A DNA stretch of 64,000 nt from an uncultured Anaerolineaceae bacterium (GCA_964427285.1 CAYRTS010000002.1:8269-72268), one strand, 5' to 3'. Shown: positions 29,752 through 37,630, counted from the stretch's first letter. Program-made: numbers and translations. Notes: generated by a model not told the origin, from the sequence alone.

Positions 29752-30687
29752 GTGGATCGCCCGGGGATCGTCGTGGTCGGCAGCACCATGATCGATCTGG
29801 TCGCGTACGCCGATCGACTGCCGGGTGACGGCGAGACGGTCGTCGGTAGTGGTTTCCGGTCCGGGTTCGGGGGCAAGGGCGCCAACCAGGCGGTCATGGC
29901 CGCGCGCTTCGGGGCCGCGGTCGCGATGGTCAACGCGGTCGGCGACGACGACTACGGAACGGCGACGCTCGCCAACCTCGCGGGGGAGGGGATCGCCACG
30001 GAGTACGTGGTTCGCGTCCCTGGCTCCTCGGGCGTCGCCCCGATCTGGGTCGATGGGAACGGGTCCAACCGGATCATCATCGTCCCGGGGGCGAACCTCC
30101 ACGTGCCTGCTGCGCTGGCCGTTAACGCGGTTGAGCGGCTCCGGCCCGCCGTCGTGATCGGGCAATTCGAGATTCCGCAGGCAGTGACGGCGGCCGGGTT
30201 CGCGGCGGCGAGGCGCGTTGGCGCGGCGACGATCCTCAATCCGGCCCCGGGAGCCTCCATTGACCCGGAGCTGCTGGCAGTAACGGACTGGCTGGTCCCC
30301 AACGAAACCGAGTTCGCGATCATCGCCGGCGAATCGTTGGGCAGCGACCCGGCGGACGAGGCCGAACGGATCGTGGCGTTTGGCCGCCGAGTCGGGGTCT
30401 CGCTCGCCGTCACGCTTGGCGAGCGGGGAGTCGCGCTCCTGACCGGAGGCGGGCCGCTTATTCGGATCCCGGCACCGGCCGTCAGACCTGTCGACACGAC
30501 TGGGGCAGGCGACGCGTTCGTTGGCGCGTTTGCGGTCGGGCTGGCGATGGGCAGGACCCCAGAGTCGGCCGCTCGCCTGGGCTGTGCGGCAGCATCGGAC
30601 AGTGTGACCCGGCCGGGGACGCAGGCCTCGTACGCCGACCCAGCGGGCGCGGCCGCCCTCCTCGCGGCCACGGCGACTGCGGTTTGA
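29752..30687 (+). CDS. rbsK: ribokinase (PfkB family)
   Basis: The protein has IVVVGSTMIDLV and GGKGANQAV near the N-terminus and a DTTGAGDAFVGAF anion hole near the C-terminus. A GTG start is chosen at 29752; the ORF could instead begin at the ATG at 29683. Confidence 0.7.
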   Translation: MDRPGIVVVGSTMIDLVAYADRLPGDGETVVGSGFRSGFGGKGANQAVMAARFGAAVAMVNAVGDDDYGTATLANLAGEGIATEYVVRVPGSSGVAPIWVDGNGSNRIIIVPGANLHVPAALAVNAVERLRPAVVIGQFEIPQAVTAAGFAAARRVGAATILNPAPGASIDPELLAVTDWLVPNETEFAIIAGESLGSDPADEAERIVAFGRRVGVSLAVTLGERGVALLTGGGPLIRIPAPAVRPVDTTGAGDAFVGAFAVGLAMGRTPESAARLGCAAASDSVTRPGTQASYADPAGAAALLAATATAV

Positions 30688-30730
30688 CGATCCCGGGCAG
30701 GTCGCGTCAGCAGACCGATACCATGCCGAC

Positions 30731-31855
30731 GTGACCGCTCAGACCTCGCCCGCGCCTCGTTCCGGCCTGCCGGTCCTTGGCCAGCTGACCCCGGTGGGCC
30801 GGGCGGCGCTGCTGGTCACGGGCGTGGTCAGCGTCGCGGCGATCGTCCTTGATTTCGGCCTGCACGCCGACCCGACACTCCTGTTCGTGGTGTCGGCAAC
30901 GGCCATCCTCGGGCTGGCCTGGGTGGTCGGCCTGTCGACCGAGCGGCTCGGCTCGCTGACCGGCCCGCAGGTCGGCGGCATCCTGAACGCGACCTTTGGC
31001 AACATCGCGGAGCTGATCATCGCCTTCTTTGCGCTCCAGGCCGGCTTGATCGAGGTCGTGAAGGCGTCCCTGACCGGATCGATCATCGGCAACCTGCTCC
31101 TGGTCATGGGCGCCAGCGTCCTGTTCGGCGGCCTGCGCCATGGGACCCAGTCGTTCAGCCCGAAGATCGCCGGATCGAACGCTGCGTTGCTCGTGCTCGC
31201 CCTGATCGGGCTGTTCATCCCGGCGGTGTTCGCGCTGACCAACAGCGATCAAGCGCAGGCCACGATCACCGAGGAGTCCGTCCTCGTGGCGCTGGTCCTG
31301 ATGACTGGGTATGTGATCTCGTTGATCTACCAGTTCACCAACCCGGAACGCACGCTTGGTGGGCACGGCGAGCCGGAGGGCCATGCCGGCCCGGTCTGGA
31401 GCGGTCGGGTCGCCATCGCGGTCCTGCTCGGTGCCGCGGCGCTGCTGGCGGTGCTCTCGGAGATCCTCGTCAGCTCGATCGAGCCGTTCGTCGACACCTT
31501 CGGGCTGTCTGCCTTCTTTGTCGGCGTGGTCCTGATCCCGACCATCGGCAACCTGGCCGAGCACCTGGTCGCCGTCCAGCTGGCCTGGAAGAACAAGATG
31601 GAGTTCGCCATGGCGGTGACCTTCGGGTCGAGCCTCCAGGTCGCCCTGTTCGTGGCGCCCCTGCTGGTCCTCATCGGCGTGGCCATCGGCCAGCCGATGG
31701 ACCTGGTCTTCACGCCTCTCGAGATTGCGGCCGTCGCGGCCGCCGTCGGGATCAGCGCCCTGATGGCGATCGACGGCGAATCGAACTGGCTCGAGGGCGC
31801 CTTGCTCATTCTTGTCTACGTGATCCTGGCGGTGTCCTTCTTCGAGTTCACCTGA
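30731..31855 (+). CDS. Ca2+/H+ antiporter (CaCA family, ChaA/CAX-like)
   Basis: The protein has 11 TM helices and two alpha-repeats (GNIAELIIAFFAL and GNLAEHLVAV). Confidence 0.8.
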   Translation: MTAQTSPAPRSGLPVLGQLTPVGRAALLVTGVVSVAAIVLDFGLHADPTLLFVVSATAILGLAWVVGLSTERLGSLTGPQVGGILNATFGNIAELIIAFFALQAGLIEVVKASLTGSIIGNLLLVMGASVLFGGLRHGTQSFSPKIAGSNAALLVLALIGLFIPAVFALTNSDQAQATITEESVLVALVLMTGYVISLIYQFTNPERTLGGHGEPEGHAGPVWSGRVAIAVLLGAAALLAVLSEILVSSIEPFVDTFGLSAFFVGVVLIPTIGNLAEHLVAVQLAWKNKMEFAMAVTFGSSLQVALFVAPLLVLIGVAIGQPMDLVFTPLEIAAVAAAVGISALMAIDGESNWLEGALLILVYVILAVSFFEFT

Positions 31856-31871
31856 GTCGACTCTGCTTGAG

Positions 31872-31904
31872 CGGCGGCGGTGCAGAGGGGGTGCACCGCC
31901 GCCG
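31872..31904. terminator. 13-bp perfect hairpin between convergent genes (bidirectional terminator candidate)
   Basis: CGGCGGCGGTGCA-gaggggg-TGCACCGCCGCCG lies between the antiporter (+) and ssb (-). Confidence 0.5.
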
Positions 31905-31917
31905 AAGATGAAGGCCG

Positions 31918-32394
31918 TCAGGCCGCCTGGGCCTCGGCACCCTCATCGAGGTCGTCATCGTCGTCCGACGACTCCGAATCGAAGGTGCCGGCTGGGATCG
32001 GCTCCGATGCCGGGGCCTCGTCGAGAGCATCCGCCTGGGAGGCCAGCGAGTCGGCGGCCTGCTGGGCCTCGTAGTCCTTCTTCTTCCGACCGGACAGCAT
32101 CTCGACGTGAGATGCCACGATCTCGGTCTTCCAGTGGCGAAGGCCACGCTCGTCATCCCACGAGCGAGTCTGGAGTCGCCCTTCGATGGCGACCTGCTGG
32201 CCCTTGCCGAGGTAGCGACCGGCGATCTCCGCCAGGCGCTCCCACGTGACCACCGCGTGATATTCGGCCTTCTCCTTGCCGTGGCCGATGAATTCATTGC
32301 TGGCCACGGTGAACGTCGTGACGTTCTTGCCGCTGGCCAGACCGCGCATTTCCGGGTCGCGTGTGAGGCGCCCCGTGAGCAGGACCTTATTCAC
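31918..32394 (-). CDS. ssb: single-stranded DNA-binding protein (standalone paralog, atypical C-terminal tip)
   Basis: The gene starts at GTG after GGAAGGAG. The OB-fold core is NKVLLTGRLTRDPEMR...HAVVTWERLAEIAG...GQQVAIEGRLQTRSWDD. The acidic tail ends DDDDDLDEGAEAQAA rather than DDDIPF. Confidence 0.85.
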   Translation of the reverse strand: MNKVLLTGRLTRDPEMRGLASGKNVTTFTVASNEFIGHGKEKAEYHAVVTWERLAEIAGRYLGKGQQVAIEGRLQTRSWDDERGLRHWKTEIVASHVEMLSGRKKKDYEAQQAADSLASQADALDEAPASEPIPAGTFDSESSDDDDDLDEGAEAQAA

Positions 32395-32530
32395 GGTCCG
32401 ATCTCCTTCCCGGTCGGTCGGCTGCGCCGATCTCGACCCTGCGTCTCCGGCGGGATGACAAGATCAAGGTAGCGACGACCTCTGCACTGGCACGTATCGA
32501 GGTCTTATCCGGCGATCAACCGTGGAAGCG
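32340..32530 (-). repeat. copy A of a roughly 190-bp duplicated segment: the ssb promoter, about 90-nt leader, and first 18 codons
   Basis: This segment aligns with 34410-34600 and has conserved blocks, including a 26/26 match GGTCGAGATCGGCGCAGCCGACCGAC and GGGAAGGAGATCGGACC. It contains a -35 TTGATC / 17 nt / TACGTG on the minus strand. Confidence 0.7.
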
Positions 32531-32579
32531 ATGCCGTCAGACGTGATCTCTCGCGGGCGCGTCGATCGGGCCGTCCGGC

Positions 32580-33032
32580 CTACCGCACGCCGGCGAGGAT
32601 CTCCATGAACTCGGGGACGGTCAGTCCACCGACGCTGATGCTGTACAAGTGGCACGGTTCATCCACCGAGGCTTCCTGCCAGATGACGGCAAGTTCATTG
32701 AGCGATGCTTCGCGGAAGATCTCCGCATCATGGCCCCGGACCATGACCCGCTGGCCTGTGGGCATGCCGCCGATTGGGCCTGGACTTCCTGACACGAATG
32801 CCAGGAACCGGCCATCCGGATGCCTGTAGATCACAGTGTCCGCAAGGAAGTCCTCGCCCGCCTCGACCGAGGAGCGTTCGGCGATCTCGAAGCCGGATGG
32901 GATAACCGTCGGGTTGAGCAGCGGGCAGATTCGGGGTGAGATTGGCGGCCCCGGCGAGGTGCTCGCCGGGGCCGCGCAGCCCGCCAGCACCAACGCCAGC
33001 AGGCCGCCAAACAGGCGTGAGCGACCCGTCAC
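32580..33032 (-). CDS. hypothetical lipoprotein
   Basis: The 150 aa ORF has a signal peptide and lipobox (LALVLAGCAAP). It is the last gene of the M15-peptidase operon. I found no family match. Confidence 0.45.
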   Translation of the reverse strand: MTGRSRLFGGLLALVLAGCAAPASTSPGPPISPRICPLLNPTVIPSGFEIAERSSVEAGEDFLADTVIYRHPDGRFLAFVSGSPGPIGGMPTGQRVMVRGHDAEIFREASLNELAVIWQEASVDEPCHLYSISVGGLTVPEFMEILAGVR

Positions 33033-33784
33033 TCCTGAAATGGTGCCGGATCGGCAAGCGGCTCCTCAAGCGGGCCGCTGCCGTCAGGATGGCTTTCCTG
33101 ACCGAGCCCGACGAAACCGCCACCAAGCTTGTGCACGCGAAGCACGGTGAGATCGGCGACGCCCGCCGCTCGGGCAAAATCGATGAACTCCGCGGCGCCG
33201 AGCTTTGTTCGAAACGCCGTCAGGGTCAGGAAACGACCGGGCCTGAGGCTGAATGTCGGGGTCAGTCGCCCGGCGAGGTTCGCTCTTGCGCATGGACGGA
33301 ACCCTGGCGTGCCGCACCCGACTTCGTCTTTCGCGGCAAGGAATGGTCTGATTGCCGCCCTGCTGACGTACCTGAGGTTGACGGTCTGATACGCCTTCAC
33401 CTCGGAGAGGCCGCGAGGACATTCCATCCCGGTTTCGCGCCGCCACTCTGCACACGGGACCACGCGCAGATCGGCTGATGTCTGTTCGTAGACGCCCACA
33501 ACAGCGTAGTTGTCGGACTCATCGATGTAGAAGCCCTGCAGGTGACCGAACGAGCGCTGGGCACCAGCAGCGGCGGCCTCGGCCTCAGCGCGCGAGCCGT
33601 AGTCGCCGCCGATGACGATCAACAGTGTCTCACCGACGCCGGAGTTTGGGACGAGCGTGCCAGCATCGATCGCGGGAGCCGGCTGCTCCGGATTGCCTCC
33701 CAGGACGATCCCCGTCGTGGAGCCGGCAACGGCGATGGCTACCATCGGCAGGAAGAGCCGAAGTCGTCGTGGAACGCGTCGCAT
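33029..33784 (-). CDS. secreted protein of unknown function (possible SPOR-like domain)
   Basis: The start is chosen at MRRVPRRLRLFLPMVAIAVAG, which looks like a signal peptide. The segment LLIVIGGDYGSRAEAEAAAAGAQ...YAVVGVYEQ resembles a SPOR beta-alpha-beta-beta fold, which is speculative. It overlaps the downstream gene by 4 nt. Confidence 0.4.
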   Translation of the reverse strand: MRRVPRRLRLFLPMVAIAVAGSTTGIVLGGNPEQPAPAIDAGTLVPNSGVGETLLIVIGGDYGSRAEAEAAAAGAQRSFGHLQGFYIDESDNYAVVGVYEQTSADLRVVPCAEWRRETGMECPRGLSEVKAYQTVNLRYVSRAAIRPFLAAKDEVGCGTPGFRPCARANLAGRLTPTFSLRPGRFLTLTAFRTKLGAAEFIDFARAAGVADLTVLRVHKLGGGFVGLGQESHPDGSGPLEEPLADPAPFQE

Positions 33785-33794
33785 CGTGCTCACC

Positions 33795-34391
33795 TCAATA
33801 TCCCGTTGCGTACTGGAAGTGCATCGCGTCTCCAAACGTGATGCCCCATTTCCAGCCGTGTTGTTGAAAGATTTCGGCCACCCGTGGATCGATCGAGTGG
33901 TTGTGTTTGTGTGTCCCGCCGATGTGTTCGTATGCCGAGTTGATATCGATCGCGATGCCCCACGAGTGGGTGCTTCGGACCTGCGTCCCGTCGATGTACT
34001 TGCAGATGTACCCCCAGATCCCGTGTTTAACGGGCTTGTGCTCGTTGGTCACGTGACCTACGACATCCCACCAGAGGTTGGTCGAGAGTCCACCGTTCCC
34101 GACGTACCAGCCCGGCACCGCCTTGCCGCCAAGCTTCTTGTGGAAGTTGACGTTGTATGCCACTCCGTCGTCCCAAGCCACCCACTGGAAGCGGTTGAAG
34201 TTCTTGTCCGTGCCGAGGCACGGCTCGCCGAACGTCGCCTTGATGGCGGCAATGCCGTTGGGGACCGTCGGATAGCCATCGTGACGGTGGGTCCAGCCGG
34301 CGTTTGCTGAGTGTCCGGCGAACGCTGAGCCGACGAAGACGAACAACGCCATCGTCGCGATCCCGATGGAGCGTCGCGTGAGGCGCTTCAT
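33795..34391 (-). CDS. secreted peptidase M15 (D-Ala-D-Ala carboxypeptidase/hedgehog-type Zn peptidase fold)
   Basis: The protein has a signal peptide (MKRLTRRSIGIATMALFVFVGSAFAG). It has motifs HSWGIAIDIN and DAMHFQY, typical of the Peptidase_M15_3/VanY-like fold. Local GC is lower than the surroundings. Confidence 0.65.
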   Translation of the reverse strand: MKRLTRRSIGIATMALFVFVGSAFAGHSANAGWTHRHDGYPTVPNGIAAIKATFGEPCLGTDKNFNRFQWVAWDDGVAYNVNFHKKLGGKAVPGWYVGNGGLSTNLWWDVVGHVTNEHKPVKHGIWGYICKYIDGTQVRSTHSWGIAIDINSAYEHIGGTHKHNHSIDPRVAEIFQQHGWKWGITFGDAMHFQYATGY

Positions 34392-34468
34392 CTGACGGTC
34401 GTCCGCTGCGTTGTGGTGCGCATCCCGGCGTCTCGCACGGGGCGCTCCGTGAACAGGACCGTGTGCAT
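34388..34468 (-). CDS. 26-codon upstream ORF (ssb N-terminal remnant) translationally coupled to the M15 peptidase gene
   Basis: The peptide MHTVLFTERPVRDAGMRTTTQRTTVR* follows the same GGAAGGAG RBS as ssb. Its stop overlaps the peptidase ATG (ATGA). Its N-terminus is homologous to SSB's VNKVLLTGRLTRDPEMR. Confidence 0.45.
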   Translation of the reverse strand: MHTVLFTERPVRDAGMRTTTQRTTVR

Positions 34469-34600
34469 TGGTCCGATCTCCTTCCCGTCGGTCGGCTGCG
34501 CCGATCTCGACCTTCCAATTCCGGCGGGATGAGAACGTCAGACTAGCCAGGGACTCTGCACTCGCACGTATCGGCGGCTTATCAGGTTGTCAACCGCCTC
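34410..34600 (-). repeat. copy B of the duplicated ssb 5' segment (promoter, leader, uORF) upstream of the M15 peptidase operon
   Basis: This aligns with 32340-32530. It carries a -35 TTGACA / 17 nt / TACGTG on the minus strand at 34593-34565. Confidence 0.7.
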
Positions 34601-34808
34601 GGCCCAGCGATCACGCGCGACGGGCGGCCGATCGGCGCTGCTATACTCCGGCCCTCCTCAGAACGCGCGGGCGAGCCCGTCAACCAGGAGGTCAGCGATC
34701 GCGCTTACAGGGCGCATCGGTCGTCCCGTGAGGCGCCCGAGCGACCAGTCGACAGCGATCCGCCGAACGCTCGGTGGGTCCACGAGGGAGTGGTCTACCC
34801 GGTTCCCG

Positions 34809-34833
34809 GGCCCCCAGGCGAGGGGCCTTTTTT
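34809..34833 (+). terminator. hairpin plus T6 intrinsic terminator inside the purA 5' leader (attenuator candidate)
   Basis: GGCCCC-caggcga-GGGGCC-TTTTTT lies 46 nt upstream of the purA start. No + strand gene lies upstream, only a candidate -10 TATACT at 34642. Confidence 0.5.
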
Positions 34834-34879
34834 CATGGTCCCGGACGCGGCGCGCAAATCGCGCAGGAGACGCGTCCTG

Positions 34880-36220
34880 ATGCCGGCCACCGTGATCGTC
34901 GGGCTCCAGTGGGGCGACGAGGGCAAGGGCAAGATGACGGACTTCCTGGCCGAGGGGGTGGCCATGGTCGTCCGCTACCAGGGTGGCGACAACGCCGGAC
35001 ACACCGTGGTCAAGGGTGACGAGGTCTTCAAGCTCCGCCTGACGCCGTCGGGCGTGCTTTACCCGCACATCACGTCGGTGATCGGCAACGGCGTCGTGGT
35101 CAACCCGGTCACCCTGATCGACGAGCTGGACATGCTCGCCGCGCGTGGCATCGACGTCGCCCGCGTCCGCGTGAGCCGCAGCTCGCACGTGATCATGCCG
35201 TACCACGTGGCCCTGGACGTCGGCAACGAGCTCCGCCTGGGCGACGCAAAGGTGGGCACGACCGGGCGCGGGATCGGGCCGACGTATGGCGATCGGGCCT
35301 GGCGGATCGGCCTGCGCATGGAGGACCTCCTCGACCCGGCGATCCTGCGCGAACGGATCGGCCGTGCGCTGCCCGACAAGAACCTCCTGCTCGAGGCGAT
35401 GGGCTGCCCAACCTTTGAAGTCGAACCTCTGGTCGTGATGGCGGCGACCTGGGGCGAACGCCTCCGCCCCCATCTTGATGACACTACGTGGCTGGTCCAG
35501 GGCGCCCTCGCCCGTGGGGAGCACGTGCTCCTGGAAGGTGCCCAGGGGACGCTCCTGGATCTCGATCACGGGAGCTACCCGTTCGTGACGTCATCGAATC
35601 CGGTCGCCGGCGGCGCCTGCACCGGCGGGGGGATCGGGCCGCTCCAGGTGGACGAGGTGATCGGGGTCATCAAGGCCTACTCAACCCGGGTCGGCTCCGG
35701 ACCCTATCCGACCGAGCTGCACGACGAGATCGGGGCCGGGATCGCCTCGCGCGGCCACGAATTCGGGACGGTCACGGGGCGGCCGCGGCGGGTCGGCTGG
35801 CTGGACGTGGTGCCGCTGCGCTATGCCGTCGCCGTCAACAGCGTCAGTTCGATCACCCTCAACAAGCTCGACATCCTCTCTGGCATCGAAACCATTCGCG
35901 TGTGCGTTGCCTACGACCTTGACGGTCAACGGGTCGAAACCTGGCCATCGAGCGGCGCCTCGCTCGCCCGGGCCACCCCGATCTACGAGGACTTCCCAGG
36001 CTGGAACGAGCCGATCCACGATGTCCGGTCGCTGGCCGACCTGCCCGAGAACGCCCGGCGTTACGTCACCGCCATCGAGACCCACGCGGGCGTCCCGATC
36101 ATCTTCGTATCCGTCGGCCCGGAGCGAACCCAGACGATCGAGCGGGCCTGGCGGCCGATGCGGGGACGGTCCGGCCTCGCCGGCGGGATGTCCGGCGGGC
36201 AGCCCGGGGGGGTCGGGTGA
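34880..36220 (+). CDS. purA: adenylosuccinate synthetase
   Basis: The N-terminus is MPATVIVGLQWGDEGKGKMTD, the canonical PurA P-loop start. The ORF is full length. Confidence 0.9.
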   Translation: MPATVIVGLQWGDEGKGKMTDFLAEGVAMVVRYQGGDNAGHTVVKGDEVFKLRLTPSGVLYPHITSVIGNGVVVNPVTLIDELDMLAARGIDVARVRVSRSSHVIMPYHVALDVGNELRLGDAKVGTTGRGIGPTYGDRAWRIGLRMEDLLDPAILRERIGRALPDKNLLLEAMGCPTFEVEPLVVMAATWGERLRPHLDDTTWLVQGALARGEHVLLEGAQGTLLDLDHGSYPFVTSSNPVAGGACTGGGIGPLQVDEVIGVIKAYSTRVGSGPYPTELHDEIGAGIASRGHEFGTVTGRPRRVGWLDVVPLRYAVAVNSVSSITLNKLDILSGIETIRVCVAYDLDGQRVETWPSSGASLARATPIYEDFPGWNEPIHDVRSLADLPENARRYVTAIETHAGVPIIFVSVGPERTQTIERAWRPMRGRSGLAGGMSGGQPGGVG

Positions 36221-37620
36221 GCCTGATCGCCCCGACCCGAACCCTCATCGTGGGGAGTGGCGGCCGGGAACATGCGCTGGCCTGGAAGCTCGCCTCGGAG
36301 CCGGGTGGCAACGAAGTGATCGTCGCGCCAGGCAGCCACGCGATCGGCGCCGAGCCCCGCGTGCGATGCCTCCCCGGCGTGAGCCCCCTGGATCCCGAAG
36401 CGGTCGTGGCGGCAGCGCGGCGAGAGGCCGTGGAGCTGGCGATCATCGGACCGGAAGCGCCACTTGCCGCGGGAGTCGCCGACGCCCTGCGCGCGGCTGG
36501 CATCGCGGTGTTCGGCCCATCGGCGGCAGCCGCTCGAATCGAATCGAGCAAGGCGTTCTGCCACGAGATCGCGGCCGCGGCCGGGGTCCGGATGGCCGTG
36601 GCGCGAGCGTTCCGCGACCCCGAGACAGCCCGGGCCTTTGCCGCTCAACTGGCGTCCGGGGGCCACGGTGTCGTGGTCAAGGCGGACGGCCTGGCTGCCG
36701 GCAAGGGTGTGACCGTGTGCGACTCGCTGGACGAGGCCGAACGCGCGATCGTTGAGCTTTTCGCGCTCGTCCAGGGAGTTGGCGCCCGGACCGACTCGGC
36801 AAGCACTGGCGCGGCGAGCACGGGCGCGGCTGGCGCGGAGTCGATTGTCGTGATCGAGGAGCGACTGGCCGGTCCCGAAGCAAGCCTGATCGCCCTGACC
36901 GACGGCCGTGATGTCGTGGCCCTGCCCATCGCCCGCGACCACAAGCGCCTGCGCGACGGGGACGAGGGGCCGAACACGGGCGGAATGGGCGCATTCAGCC
37001 CGCTGCCCGATCTGCCCGATGACGAGGCCGAGCGCCTGTTCGACGCCTTCCACACCCCCATCCTCGCGGAGCTTGCCCAACGGGGAACGCCGTTCGTCGG
37101 CGCGCTGTACGCGGGGCTGATCCTGACCGACGATGGGCCGGTGCTGCTCGAATGCAATGCCCGGTTTGGTGATCCGGAGGCCCAGGCCATCCTGCCGCGG
37201 CTGGCGGTGGCGCTCGGACCCTGGCTGCTCGCGGCCGCCCAGGGCCGACTCGGCTCCGCACTGGCGACCGCCCGGATCACGGGTTCCCGCCTGCCGACGA
37301 TGCCGGGTGCCACCGTCGCGATCGTGCTGGCTGCCGCCGGATATCCGGACCGGCCGCGATCCGGCGACCCGATCACGGGGCTGCGCGAGGCGGCGGCCAG
37401 CGGGGCGCTGCTCTTCCACGCCGGAACCTCGCGGGACGACGACGGCACGGTCCGGACGACCGGCGGACGGGTGTTGTCCATCGTGGGCCGGGGCCCGGAT
37501 CTCGACGCCGCCCACAGGGCCGCGACCGGCGCGGCGGACCTGATCGATGCGCCTGGACTGCAGCGCCGGCGCGATATCGGCTTCCATCACGCGCCGTTCC
37601 CGGTTAGCTCGGCCCGATGA
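36217..37620 (+). CDS. purD: phosphoribosylamine--glycine ligase
   Basis: The N-terminus is MSLIAPTRTLIVGSGGREHALAWKL, with an ATP-grasp core. There is a low-complexity insert (STGAASTGAAG). Confidence 0.9.
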   Translation: MSLIAPTRTLIVGSGGREHALAWKLASEPGGNEVIVAPGSHAIGAEPRVRCLPGVSPLDPEAVVAAARREAVELAIIGPEAPLAAGVADALRAAGIAVFGPSAAAARIESSKAFCHEIAAAAGVRMAVARAFRDPETARAFAAQLASGGHGVVVKADGLAAGKGVTVCDSLDEAERAIVELFALVQGVGARTDSASTGAASTGAAGAESIVVIEERLAGPEASLIALTDGRDVVALPIARDHKRLRDGDEGPNTGGMGAFSPLPDLPDDEAERLFDAFHTPILAELAQRGTPFVGALYAGLILTDDGPVLLECNARFGDPEAQAILPRLAVALGPWLLAAAQGRLGSALATARITGSRLPTMPGATVAIVLAAAGYPDRPRSGDPITGLREAAASGALLFHAGTSRDDDGTVRTTGGRVLSIVGRGPDLDAAHRAATGAADLIDAPGLQRRRDIGFHHAPFPVSSAR

Positions 37621-37630
37621 GGCGGGCCAC

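Noticed and set aside
29283-29828. ORFs 29283..29828 + and 29363..29728 + in the Qng1-like/ribokinase divergent region
   Set aside because: They overlap the well-supported minus-strand Q_salvage gene and show no domain features. They are probably spurious.
32395-32530. c-di-AMP (ydaO) riboswitch in the shared ssb/peptidase leader, a motif known upstream of cell-wall hydrolases in Actinobacteria
   Set aside because: The leader is too short (about 90 nt) and lacks the conserved GGGGUGAAUC and CCGAACCCGUCAGCUAACC blocks. It is reported only as an unclassified conserved leader.
34835-34879. Upstream in-frame ATG (34835) as the purA start
   Set aside because: It would add MVPDAARKSRRRRVL ahead of the canonical MPATVIVGLQWGDEGKGK N-terminus. 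That ATG sits immediately after the terminator T-tract, and 34880 matches PurA homologs.
34601-34879. ZTP (pfl) or purine riboswitch in the purA leader
   Set aside because: I looked for CCGCCUGGGC/GGGUCGUGAC (ZTP) and UAUA...CCGUAAAU (purine) elements and found neither. Only a generic terminator hairpin is supported.
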